The notes under the pieces were generated by a model. It worked only from the letters and a program-made list of their open reading frames with translations, did no database searches and was not told where the DNA came from. Source: a virus (Duplodnaviria > Caudoviricetes). Taken from it: DNA of 31,741 bases. Below, piece by piece: positions 1-9,148 of the stretch (position 1 is its first letter; every line of letters begins with the position of its first letter). The translations under genes and the position numbers were made by a program. The DNA is taken from IMG/VR virus record IMGVR_UViG_3300037506_000443, positions 1 to 31,741 of that record; one strand, 5' to 3'.

Positions 1-1898
1 TACACCACCGCAATCGACTGAACGGTTTCGTACAATTCGACCTGCACCTCGACTCTCCCCTGCCCGCCAATACAGCGGATCTCGAGGATATGCTCCTGGC
101 GCAACCCTCCGGCGGCGTTGTTCAAATACCCGGTCATTTTCCCTGCGTCCAGGTCAATCGTCGTCGCGCCACCGATTGGGGCAAATGGGCCACCCAGATC
201 GGTTGTGCGGTCTATCCCGTTCACAAAAATTCGGATGCTGAATGGCGTGTCGGTGTCGTCAGCAATGCCGAAGATAGGCGGGTGTGTGTGGGCAGGCATG
301 GCGTGGAAATGATCTCCCGCTGCGCCGTGCGTCCAGATATCACCGCCAACGTTGACGCGAAAGACCATCGGCAGTAAGTCGCCCGACTCATCCCGCGACA
401 CGTAATAGCCGTCAAACATCGCTACCGAGCCATCGTATGGCCCGTTGTACAGGCTGACCCGATGCATGTGCGTGCCAGCGCTGGGCAGCGTTCCCCCGCC
501 ACCTGAAGCACCGCCGAGCGACGTGGTCCGGAACGGGGTGGTCTTGATGCGCACCGAGCAGCGCTGCAAGCTGAGAGTGGCGTTGGTGATTCGTATCGGC
601 ACCAGCGCCGGGTAGCTCGCCGCGATCTCACGATCATAGACGTAAGATCGGGTGCTTGGGTACGGCTGTATCCGCACATTGCGCACTTCAATCGCGTCAA
701 TCGCGCCGATCACGATCCGGGCGGCGTCTTGTTCATAGCGGTCTACCGTCGCCACTTTTAGATCCAACGCCAGGCCCTCGACGCCAACGCGCTCGGTGCA
801 TTCCAATACCCACATATCCTGGTTCACGTCGCGATAGGTGACTGGCTGGCCGTCGCGGTAGATCAAGCCCTTATAGCGCACGTGAACCTTATCGCCGGGC
901 CGCACCGTCTGCCGCACCTTGCGGACGGTGAAACTATAGACATCTAGCTTGTCCTTCCGGCGGGTCAGCCAGGCCACCGCTATGTCATACAATGCGTTGC
1001 TGGCGTTCGTCAGATCGGCGTCGGTGTTGGAAAGCGGCGCGATATTTTTGAAGGTGCCTACCTTCTCGATCTGCCCATAGATGGCGATACTCGCGCTGTC
1101 TTTAATGAAATACAGAACGCGACCATCCGGGCCAACCATCGTCTCGATGTTGTAGGGGAACGCTGGAAATGTCCGATTGCTGTATTTGAGCGTGAACGCC
1201 GCCTCACCTTCACCCGCGCCGAGCGGCAGCAGCCAGTTGCACATATCCTTGCTGTCGGCCACCAGGTTGAAGTTTTCGATCAGCAGGATATCGTTGTTGC
1301 CGAGCATCTCGCGATCTGTGTGCTCAACGTGAACGCAGCGCAGGCCGGACGATGCGCCGAACGCGCCCATCTCGATGCTGTTAGGTGTCAATCCAGGCCG
1401 CAGATGCAGCCCCTGCATTTCCGCGATGAACTGGAGCGCTTTCAAGATGCTCTCGCCGTCGAGTCGCACGTACAGGTTGCCCAATGCGCTGGTACTGGCC
1501 GTCCACCCAGCTAGGCCAGCCAGCGAGCTAATCACGGTGGCAATAGGCACGTTGTTGTACAGACGAGCGATCAGCGCGCTTTTATTCTTCAGGAGCGATA
1601 CTTCATCCGGCCCGGTGGCCGTCAGCGACCAGCCGCCGGTGGCGTCGCTCGCCCGCAGTTCGTCGATAATGCCGCGTCCAAGTTCGCGCATGGTGTTATC
1701 GTGCTCGACAAAGAGTCGAACGCGCCGCTTGTTTTGCAACAGGTTCAAGGCGCGTTGATCCGTGCTTGGCACTGTGATCGACACACTGCCTGCGCCGTCC
1801 AACGCGCGTGTCACTGATGCGTTGCGCACCGTCATCAGCGGGCCAGCGCCCAGGCGAGTCGCGCCGTCGGCGCTGTAGACATCGCACCAGACACGCAT
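1..1898 (-). CDS. Tal/baseplate hub-like tail protein with C-terminal spike/needle region (~632 aa; stop codon cut by window edge)
   Basis: Absent from the ORF track. Manual translation from ATG 1898 (3 nt after the upstream stop) stays open to the edge: MRVWCDVYSADGATRLGAGPL...RALDGAGSVSITVP...GESILKALQFIAE...CNWLLPLGAG...SIAIYGQIEK...VRPGDKVHV...VELYETVQSIAVV, then 'TA' at 2-1 (probably TAA/TAG). These motifs are typical of siphophage tail hub proteins. Confidence 0.8.
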   Translation of the reverse strand, partial: MRVWCDVYSADGATRLGAGPLMTVRNASVTRALDGAGSVSITVPSTDQRALNLLQNKRRVRLFVEHDNTMRELGRGIIDELRASDATGGWSLTATGPDEVSLLKNKSALIARLYNNVPIATVISSLAGLAGWTASTSALGNLYVRLDGESILKALQFIAEMQGLHLRPGLTPNSIEMGAFGASSGLRCVHVEHTDREMLGNNDILLIENFNLVADSKDMCNWLLPLGAGEGEAAFTLKYSNRTFPAFPYNIETMVGPDGRVLYFIKDSASIAIYGQIEKVGTFKNIAPLSNTDADLTNASNALYDIAVAWLTRRKDKLDVYSFTVRKVRQTVRPGDKVHVRYKGLIYRDGQPVTYRDVNQDMWVLECTERVGVEGLALDLKVATVDRYEQDAARIVIGAIDAIEVRNVRIQPYPSTRSYVYDREIAASYPALVPIRITNATLSLQRCSVRIKTTPFRTTSLGGASGGGGTLPSAGTHMHRVSLYNGPYDGSVAMFDGYYVSRDESGDLLPMVFRVNVGGDIWTHGAAGDHFHAMPAHTHPPIFGIADDTDTPFSIRIFVNGIDRTTDLGGPFAPIGGATTIDLDAGKMTGYLNNAAGGLRQEHILEIRCIGGQGRVEVQVELYETVQSIAVV

Positions 1899-1901
1899 GG
1901 A

Positions 1902-2384
1902 TTATCCCTGCCCCATCACGATGCCTTCGAGGGCAAATTGCTTGATCAGCAACAGCAGTAGGCGTTTTTCCTCCGTCGTCGTCGGATTGATCAATTGCGC
2001 CCAGGCACGCATGGAATCGAAGTTGGCGCGAGCCTTTACGCTCTTGGCGATCTCGTTCAGGCCCGATGCGAGGGCCATGTCGATAGTTCCACCCGACGCG
2101 CGCACCTTATCGACGGCGATCAGAATATTGCGGTAGTAGCCCGATAGCCGCGACTCGCGCATCGTCATCATGCCCTGGTCGCTGACCGGATCGCCTTTTG
2201 CCCACAACGCTTCCTGATCGATCCCTTCCAAAATGCTTTCTGCGCTCGCGTCGTTTGGCACCAGCGGGATCTCGACCAGCCGCGATTCGCTGGTGTCGGG
2301 ATCGGTCAGGACCACCAGCACATTTTTGACCCGCAACCCGGCGGCGACTTCAGCCTGGACATCGGCCTCGAATTGTCGTTTCAT
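1902..2384 (-). CDS. Hypothetical protein in tail-tip module (possible fibre chaperone/accessory protein)
   Basis: 160 aa. Start overlaps the fibre gene stop by 1 nt and it ends 3 nt before the Tal-like start. No recognisable motif. Confidence 0.7.
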   Translation of the reverse strand: MKRQFEADVQAEVAAGLRVKNVLVVLTDPDTSESRLVEIPLVPNDASAESILEGIDQEALWAKGDPVSDQGMMTMRESRLSGYYRNILIAVDKVRASGGTIDMALASGLNEIAKSVKARANFDSMRAWAQLINPTTTEEKRLLLLLIKQFALEGIVMGQG

Positions 2385-4534
2385 CAGTACAGCTCCACAA
2401 CAGCGGTCACGTCCAGCGTGCCGCCAGACACGTTTTTGAAGGTAGTTTTGGTATCCCCACTCGCTCCCAGGCCGTCATCGAAGCGTATGGCAACGTCGCG
2501 AGTCCCGCCTGACCAGCGGCCAACAACACACGGTTCATCAAAGATGGTGGTCACGCCCAACACGTCGAAAATGGCATCCTTGCTCTCGGCACTCCACGTC
2601 GAGGAAGCAAAGAACTTCATCTCGCCGCTTGCATAGCCGGGTGAACTGGCGTCGGCCCCCCACAGCACGTAATCGGTGTTGGAGGCAGAGCGACTCGTTT
2701 CCAGAACCAACCAGTAGGTAGTTGAGGCGTTCAGTGTGGGATTGGTCGTCAGGTCGAAGCTGATCATCCCGTAAGAGGTTGACAGGCTGCTCTCACTTAC
2801 TGTCGCCGTTGCGCCCGCTGCGACCAATGTTCCCGACGGCGAGCCGGAACTGTCAGTTTCAATCCGCAGAGTCAGCGTGCCCACCGGCGCGCCGATCTTT
2901 TTCAAATAGAGCTGCACCGTATCGACGAGCGACGATCCGCCTACCTGAAACGATTGCGCCAGCCGATCTTTCGCGGCTAGTGCCGATGTAGTCATGGTGA
3001 CTTTCAGATCGGAAGTGGAGATGCCCGTCCAGGCTCCTGTGCCAATCGCGGCTACTGCCTGACCATTAGCGTAGGTGCTGGCGTCATCGCGGGCCAGCGT
3101 CCAGGCGTTCCCTGCGGTTTGGGCACCGGTAGATCGAAATATCAGGTGATAGGTCGTGCCGGGGAGCAGGAACGGGCCATTCGTTACTGGAACAGTGTTA
3201 ACCGCGTTGGGTGTCGGCGTAAAGGTGCCGCTTGCGATCACCGTTGAAGTTGGCAAGCCACCACCGTCATCGGGCCGGATCTCCCAGGTCACGGTTCCCG
3301 CTGGCGATCCAGTGTTTGCGCCGAAGTGGACGGTAAATTGCGAGAAAATCCCGGCGGCAATCTGGAAGGATTGTCCTCGTCGGAGGTCGGTTGAATCGCC
3401 CAGGCTAGTGGTTAGATCAAATGCGGCAAGCGTGTCCGTTGTTCCGCCCGCGCCTGATTGCCCGCGCAGTTGAACGTCAACATCCTGGTTGCCACTCCCA
3501 TAACTCGCAAATGAGGTGGCGGCCACCGTCGTGCTGACGTAGGATCTGAACTTGCGATCATGCGCGTTTTCGTCAACGTAGTGCTCTACCGTCAGCGTTG
3601 CATTGTTGGCGAGACTCTCGCGCTTCATGAACATCGCTGGGCGCGGCCAGACCATGATCGCCGTTGCACTGACCGCAAACCCTAACCAGACAATCGCCCG
3701 CTGGCCGCCTCCAGCCGTGAGCGTTGGTTTGGCCTGGGTAATGCCCCCTGCTGTCGTCGAGGCCCACACGTCGTCAAACGCTGTCAGGCTGCTAAACCCG
3801 CTCACCTGGCCCAGAATTCTTACCGCACCGGTGTTGTTCATAGGGATACCGCTCGCCTCGATGACAATCCCCCGGATTGCCCCACAGCGGATAGGGGAAG
3901 CATCCACATCGATCTTGTATGCCTTGAAGTCTGCCGGGTTGATGTACACGGCGTCGCGCAAGGCCAGCGCTTCCCCTGCGGTCACGGTAATATCAACAGG
4001 TTGCGCGCCGGTGGCCGCCGATTCAAAAGACGCGCCGCCGCTGCCATTGGCAGTCAGCACGTAGCCGTTGGGTGCAGCCTGGCTATCGACGCCAGACGCC
4101 GTGAGCTTGCCTGCGGTGGTCAGGAAGGGCAGCAGGTTAACGAGCTTACTGTCCAGCAGATAACGCAGCACCTCATTCCCGGCAGGATTTAGAATCTCCG
4201 TCGAGAGGCCGCTGCCAGCGGCGAGCTTGGCATTGAGGTAGTTGTGCTGCGTATCTGCGCTGGAAACCTTTAACTGACCCTGCGTGGCGATTTGTATTTT
4301 CTCGTCGCCGCTGGGATTGATCTTGGTCAGGGTAATATTGCTACCCGCCTGGAGTGCATCATCGAGCGTTTTCATGTGGGTATCGGCGGACGAAACCGAT
4401 ATCCGCTCGCGTGCCGTGTCAATGGCTGCCTTCGTGTCGAAGAAAGGCGTAATCACGTCGCTTGCGTCGGCACTCTGGCCGTCCACGAGGAACGTCGTGT
4501 TGATAGATGTTGGAGTTTTGAGGGTGCTAACCAT
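2384..4534 (-). CDS. Tail fibre / receptor-binding-like mosaic protein
   Basis: 716 aa, rich in G/S/T/A. Two N-terminal VSSADT repeats, fibre linker NGYVLTANGSGG, a decoration-protein-like domain, and two related beta-sandwich domains (QSFQ...G.P...TY.L). Lies after Dit, with RBS GAGG. Confidence 0.8.
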   Translation of the reverse strand: MVSTLKTPTSINTTFLVDGQSADASDVITPFFDTKAAIDTARERISVSSADTHMKTLDDALQAGSNITLTKINPSGDEKIQIATQGQLKVSSADTQHNYLNAKLAAGSGLSTEILNPAGNEVLRYLLDSKLVNLLPFLTTAGKLTASGVDSQAAPNGYVLTANGSGGASFESAATGAQPVDITVTAGEALALRDAVYINPADFKAYKIDVDASPIRCGAIRGIVIEASGIPMNNTGAVRILGQVSGFSSLTAFDDVWASTTAGGITQAKPTLTAGGGQRAIVWLGFAVSATAIMVWPRPAMFMKRESLANNATLTVEHYVDENAHDRKFRSYVSTTVAATSFASYGSGNQDVDVQLRGQSGAGGTTDTLAAFDLTTSLGDSTDLRRGQSFQIAAGIFSQFTVHFGANTGSPAGTVTWEIRPDDGGGLPTSTVIASGTFTPTPNAVNTVPVTNGPFLLPGTTYHLIFRSTGAQTAGNAWTLARDDASTYANGQAVAAIGTGAWTGISTSDLKVTMTTSALAAKDRLAQSFQVGGSSLVDTVQLYLKKIGAPVGTLTLRIETDSSGSPSGTLVAAGATATVSESSLSTSYGMISFDLTTNPTLNASTTYWLVLETSRSASNTDYVLWGADASSPGYASGEMKFFASSTWSAESKDAIFDVLGVTTIFDEPCVVGRWSGGTRDVAIRFDDGLGASGDTKTTFKNVSGGTLDVTAVVELY

Positions 4535-4544
4535 GCCCTACCTC

Positions 4545-5414
4545 TTAATAGTACATGTCGAAGTAGCGGACAAACGCCGTGCAGATGTTGCCGCTGCTGC
4601 CCAACACAATCCGCATCTGATTGACTCCCGGTAGCAGCCGCATCCAGTCCGGGTGCAAAAACGAAAGGCTGCTGTTGTAGGCGTCACTACCATTCCGTGT
4701 CACCTGCCAGGATCGAGCGTTAATTTCCAGGGTATCGCCCGTTCCAGATAGAGTTCCGGCAAAGGCCACCTCATCGACCACGAGGCCACTGACCAACCGC
4801 TGCACTTTCGGGTTTTGCGCCTGGGCGCTGGGGGCCGTTGTCACGAGGGTGATTCGCGCCCGCGTGGTGGCTGTACCAAGCGTGGTGATGGTGAAGTTGG
4901 TCTGTACGCCGCTGCATACGATGGGCGCGGCTCCGCTGCCCCACGCAGCCTCGCCCCATATGAACATGCCCCACGGCACCGATTCGGTGCCCTGTCCATA
5001 CCATCGCGGTTCCGGCACCTGCCAGTTGATCGTTACCGGCTGCCACAAGTCGGTGTGCATATCCAGGCGTTCCGGGATGTTGATGTCGTTAATGCGCGCG
5101 TAGCACCACCGTGCAGGCAGCATTGGATCGGTAGGCTGTGCGATAAGTCGTTGCACGCCCCAATCGGCCATCTTCAGCACAGCATCGCGCTTGGCCGTCA
5201 TTTCAGTGCGGCTCGTCGCGACGAGGGTGAAATCGAACGTAACTTTGCCGATCTCCTGTGGGGCTTTACTGTCGCCGAATTCGTCGAATCCGCCGCTCAA
5301 TCCTGGCAAGCGCAGCGTGGCAGGCACCAGCCCGGCAAAATTCGTGTTGAACTGCCCCTGGGTAGAGGGGAAGATATACAACATAGACCCGGAACCGAAC
5401 TGGATCAGGCGCAT
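4545..5414 (-). CDS. Distal tail protein (Dit-like)
   Basis: 289 aa immediately after TMP. Dit-type features: LPGLSGGFD, P(E)PRWYG, DTLEINARSWQVTRNG, WMRLLPGVNQM. Confidence 0.85.
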   Translation of the reverse strand: MRLIQFGSGSMLYIFPSTQGQFNTNFAGLVPATLRLPGLSGGFDEFGDSKAPQEIGKVTFDFTLVATSRTEMTAKRDAVLKMADWGVQRLIAQPTDPMLPARWCYARINDINIPERLDMHTDLWQPVTINWQVPEPRWYGQGTESVPWGMFIWGEAAWGSGAAPIVCSGVQTNFTITTLGTATTRARITLVTTAPSAQAQNPKVQRLVSGLVVDEVAFAGTLSGTGDTLEINARSWQVTRNGSDAYNSSLSFLHPDWMRLLPGVNQMRIVLGSSGNICTAFVRYFDMYY

Positions 5415-5417
5415 TCT

Positions 5418-7898
5418 CTAACCTCTCCGGTTGTAGAGTTGGTTGAACCGTTCCTGGAAACCCTCAGCAGCGGCCATCCCCTCAGCCTTGCTGTTGGCGT
5501 AGATGATCAACTGGCCGATCTGCGGGCCAGCGGCAGCCGCCAGCAGCTTATCAATGTTGGGGATAAAGGTGCCCGCCGTATCGGGCATAAAGAGTTCTGG
5601 CTGTGCCGACGGGCCAATGACATATGCGCCACCTCGAACGCCAACGCCGCCCTCGTCACGTAGGCCGACGCCTTTCAGGACGGCATTGAAAATCTCCCCT
5701 GGCGACTTACCGCTGCTCAAAATCGTGCCCACGTTGCCGCCGATCCCGCTCAACCCGGCGTTAATGTTGTCCCTGAACTCGCGGATCTTGCCTAACACCT
5801 CACCGATGATGCGGATCAATTCCTTGATGGCGTCCACGACGTTCATCACAAAGACCCTGACGCCGGGCATGTTGTCGCTGAACCAGCGGGCGAAATTCTG
5901 GAGCGCGCCGCGCACCGTCTCCCAGAGCTTCGAGAGCAGATCGACCACAGGCTTGATCGCAAGGTTGTAAAATTCCTCTACGATCTTCCTGATCGCTGGC
6001 AGGCCATCGCCGGTGAACCACTTAAACAGGTTCTCTAAGGCGGGCCGTACCGCGTCCCAGATGTTGGTCAGTACCGACACGACTGGATCGAGAATGCCCG
6101 TCTTGAAATCTTCGAGCACTTTCTGAATTGCGGGCAGGCCGTTCTTCATAAACCAGTCGAACAGTTGCAGCAGTTTGGGCGATACCTCGTCCCAGATTTT
6201 GATCAGCGTGTTCACGAAGTCGGTGACGCCCGGAATAACCCGCTGGCTGATAAAGTCGAGGACTGCGGGCAGCGCTTCCTTCGTAAACCACAGCCACAGC
6301 TTCTCCAGGTGAGGCCGCACGATCTCCCAGGCTTTTTCCAGGAAGTCAAATAGCTTTCGAATGCCAGGGATCGCCGTGTTCTGGATAAAGCCCACGACCT
6401 GCGGTAGGACATCGCGCATAAACCAATCGGCTAGGCGTTGCAAAATCGGCAAAACTTGAGTTTGAATGAAGCTGCCGATCTGCTGGAACGCTGCTTGGAA
6501 GACGCCTGCCAGCGTGCTTAGCCCCCGCCCGACAGCATCCAGGATAGGTTGCACCGCATCCCGGATACCCATGAAATTTGTTTGGAAGGCCAGGGCGAGC
6601 GCGGCGACCAGGCCGATGATGAGTGCAATTGGAGAGGCGAGCACGGCCAGCACGGTTCCGATGCTGCTGATCAGCCCACCGATCAGAGTCAGAATAGGGC
6701 CAAGCCCAACCAGCGCCGCCGCGACCAATGTGATTGCACCAGCGAGTTGCGGATTGGCCGTGATCCACTCGATCACCTTGTCGATGATCGGCGCCACACG
6801 CTCCATAATCTGGCCCAGGCTGGGCAGCAGCGCATTGGCGATCTCGATCCCCAGCGCCGCGACACGTGATTTGAGCAAATCGAATTGCGCCGCGACACTC
6901 TGAAGTTGAATCTTCTGGGCAGCATCGGTAGCCCCCTTCAGGCCGTCCTTGAACGATTTGGTGAAGCCCTTCACATCCGTGTTCAGCAGCGCCGTCGAGC
7001 CACGCATCGCCTCGATACTGCCGAGCAGGGAGGAGAATTCTCCACCATACTTGCCATTCTTAAGTGCCTGAAGCGCTCCGATCAACCCCAATTGCTTGAC
7101 CGCAGCTTCGCCGCTTTCAAACCCCAACTCTTTGAGCGCCTTTTTCATCTTCTCGTTGGGGTTCAGCATCGCCGACATGATGGCCCCAAGCTGCGTTGCC
7201 GACTGGCTGGCGGTATTACCCTGTGTGGTCAGGTAAGCCATGCTCGCGCCCAGGTCGTCGAGTCGAATGCCCATACTGCGGGCCAACCCGGTGACTTGCG
7301 GGAAGGCAGACGCAAATTCGTCCATTGTCCCGACACCCTTGCCGACAGTCATCGTAAGTACGTCAGAGACAAAGGCTGCGTCTTTCGCGCTGAACTTATA
7401 GGAGTTCATGATCGAGATCAACGCTTTGGTGGTCCCGGCCAGTTCTGCGTTACCCGCTTCGGCTGTCTTGACCGACGCCTTGAGGATATCCATGTGGGTG
7501 CTGGCGTCACTCACGCCACCCACGATATCGTAAAACGCTTTGGCGACCTCCTGCGGCCCCGCTCGTGAATTGCGCCCTATTGCCAGCACCTCAGCCGAGA
7601 GCGCTTTCATCTCGTCGGCGGATTTGCCCGTGACTGCCTGGACGTTGACCATGCTCTCCTGGAAGTCGATGGCCCCTTTGGTCGCGAAGCCGAGCGCGAT
7701 CCCTACCGGGGCAAACGCTCTGGTGATCTGAATCCCGATGCCGGAAATCTGCTGACCAACCGCATCGATTCGCTGACCTATCCCGGCCAGCCCGCCCTCG
7801 AAGGCTTGCTGTGCCTGGCGCATGGCAATGCTCACGCCGGACGTGTCGATAAAGACCGCCCCATGTGCATCACCAAGATCAAATCCGCCGTCAACCAT
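5418..7898 (-). CDS. Tape measure protein (TP901-like core)
   Basis: 826 aa. TMP core motif DFQESMVNVQAVTG...GNTASQSATQL, hydrophobic segments, and periodic W/F helical repeats in the C-terminal half. Follows the tail chaperones. Confidence 0.95.
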   Translation of the reverse strand: MVDGGFDLGDAHGAVFIDTSGVSIAMRQAQQAFEGGLAGIGQRIDAVGQQISGIGIQITRAFAPVGIALGFATKGAIDFQESMVNVQAVTGKSADEMKALSAEVLAIGRNSRAGPQEVAKAFYDIVGGVSDASTHMDILKASVKTAEAGNAELAGTTKALISIMNSYKFSAKDAAFVSDVLTMTVGKGVGTMDEFASAFPQVTGLARSMGIRLDDLGASMAYLTTQGNTASQSATQLGAIMSAMLNPNEKMKKALKELGFESGEAAVKQLGLIGALQALKNGKYGGEFSSLLGSIEAMRGSTALLNTDVKGFTKSFKDGLKGATDAAQKIQLQSVAAQFDLLKSRVAALGIEIANALLPSLGQIMERVAPIIDKVIEWITANPQLAGAITLVAAALVGLGPILTLIGGLISSIGTVLAVLASPIALIIGLVAALALAFQTNFMGIRDAVQPILDAVGRGLSTLAGVFQAAFQQIGSFIQTQVLPILQRLADWFMRDVLPQVVGFIQNTAIPGIRKLFDFLEKAWEIVRPHLEKLWLWFTKEALPAVLDFISQRVIPGVTDFVNTLIKIWDEVSPKLLQLFDWFMKNGLPAIQKVLEDFKTGILDPVVSVLTNIWDAVRPALENLFKWFTGDGLPAIRKIVEEFYNLAIKPVVDLLSKLWETVRGALQNFARWFSDNMPGVRVFVMNVVDAIKELIRIIGEVLGKIREFRDNINAGLSGIGGNVGTILSSGKSPGEIFNAVLKGVGLRDEGGVGVRGGAYVIGPSAQPELFMPDTAGTFIPNIDKLLAAAAGPQIGQLIIYANSKAEGMAAAEGFQERFNQLYNRRG
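6453..6462 (-). repeat. Dispersed motif AACTCAAGTT, in TMP gene
   Basis: Plus strand AAACTTGAGTTT at 6452-6463. Confidence 0.65.
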
Positions 7899-7902
7899 GC
7901 GC

Positions 7903-8190
7903 TTAGCCTTCTCCGAGAATCGCGATCAATTCCTCAAGCGTGCCCTGCCGTCGGCTGCTGCCGTTTTTCAATATGTCATTCAACGTGCGGATCGGTTTGC
8001 CGTCTTTGTCTGTCCTCGATAGTTCGGCTTCAACGAACCGCCCGTAGAGACTCACTGCATTGTCGAACGACCAGGCCAGCCAGCCATTACGCAGACCGAT
8101 GACCCGCGACGGCCTTTGCTGGTACGCCTTGCACAGCAGGTGCAGCTCCCACACCTGCTCCGTTCGCTCCAGGAAAGGCGGCTGCGGCAT
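7903..8190 (-). CDS. Tail assembly chaperone C-terminal extension (gpT-like, probably made by frameshift)
   Basis: 95 aa ORF overlapping the upstream chaperone by 104 nt and ending 4 nt before TMP. Motif LCKAYQQRPSRVIG...WSFDNAV. Confidence 0.75.
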   Translation of the reverse strand: MPQPPFLERTEQVWELHLLCKAYQQRPSRVIGLRNGWLAWSFDNAVSLYGRFVEAELSRTDKDGKPIRTLNDILKNGSSRRQGTLEELIAILGEG

Positions 8191-8560
8191 TGCCGTCCGT
8201 CCCTATTGCCCAGGAAAGAACGAACAATTTGTCTTGGAGCGAAATCTCATCCAGGCCCAGGTCGTCCGAGTCGGGTGCGGGTATGCCCTCGACCACACGT
8301 GGCGAGACGAAACATGCCTTGCAAATCTTGTTGAGCGTCTCCCGAATCGTGGGCAGCATTTCCGGCTTCAGTTGGAATGTAGTGTTGCCTTCCTGGATGG
8401 TGCGCATGATCAGGGCCGCAAATACATCGGGCGGCTGATCACCCTTGCTCGTTGAGAGAAAGGCCAGCACGTCGGTCTGCCGCAGTTCAACCTCAACCCC
8501 TGCAATTGGTAGCCGAACGCGCTTGGCGCTCTGTTTGCGAAATTCCTGTGCTGTTGGCAT
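8087..8560 (-). CDS. Tail assembly chaperone (gpG-like)
   Basis: 157 aa between tail tube and TMP. KRVRLP...CKACFVSPRV...LDEISLQDKLFVLSWA is typical of tail assembly chaperones. Confidence 0.8.
   Translation of the reverse strand: MPTAQEFRKQSAKRVRLPIAGVEVELRQTDVLAFLSTSKGDQPPDVFAALIMRTIQEGNTTFQLKPEMLPTIRETLNKICKACFVSPRVVEGIPAPDSDDLGLDEISLQDKLFVLSWAIGTDGNAAAAFPGANGAGVGAAPAVQGVPAKAVAGHRSA
8171..8179 (-). other. Putative +1 programmed ribosomal frameshift site GCC TTT CCT
   Basis: In-frame TTT (8176-8174) can slip to TTC (8175-8173), which is the frame of ORF 7903-8190. Confidence 0.6.
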
Positions 8561-8572
8561 TCCTCGCCTCCC

Positions 8573-9139
8573 TTATGCTGCGAAGAATAGGTTCAGATCG
8601 GTTGGGATCTGCTGGCCTGTTTCGTAGCGTCTGACCCGGTGTAGCCTCCTGGTTGTTGTGTCGATGACAATGGCCTTGCCTTTCGTTTCGGCAATGCGGA
8701 ACTTGTTCATTTCCACTTTCCAACCGGGCAGGGTGTCGAGCTTGCATCTTCGCAGACCGATCAGGACACTTGACCCATACAGGCTGGCAAAATCGCCGAC
8801 AATCCCGAAATACGGCAGCCCATCATCACCCGCCAGGATATCAGCCGTCGCGACCTGGTTAGGCGCACTGCCGGACGATCCCCAGTCGATCCCGGTCATT
8901 GGAAACATGCCATCGGGATCGAGCGAGGCATTGATCAGGGTGAACTCCAGGTGCGTTACGACGGAGAGCAGTTCGGCGATCATCCCGTAAGATCGAAGCT
9001 GATCCGTGTCGGCCATCACCTCGAAGCTCAACTCTGAGCCATGCTCCAATGAATAGCTCTGCGTAACGTAGCTGAGATTGGGAAGCAATCCCGCTATCCG
9101 CAGGTTACGCAGGGTAAATACAACAGTGCCGAATGCCAT
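8573..9139 (-). CDS. Major tail (tube) protein
   Basis: 188 aa, beta-rich, between the tail terminator and the chaperones. ELSFEVMADTDQLRSYG resembles tail tube motifs. Confidence 0.75.
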   Translation of the reverse strand: MAFGTVVFTLRNLRIAGLLPNLSYVTQSYSLEHGSELSFEVMADTDQLRSYGMIAELLSVVTHLEFTLINASLDPDGMFPMTGIDWGSSGSAPNQVATADILAGDDGLPYFGIVGDFASLYGSSVLIGLRRCKLDTLPGWKVEMNKFRIAETKGKAIVIDTTTRRLHRVRRYETGQQIPTDLNLFFAA

Positions 9140-9148
9140 AAAAACCCC

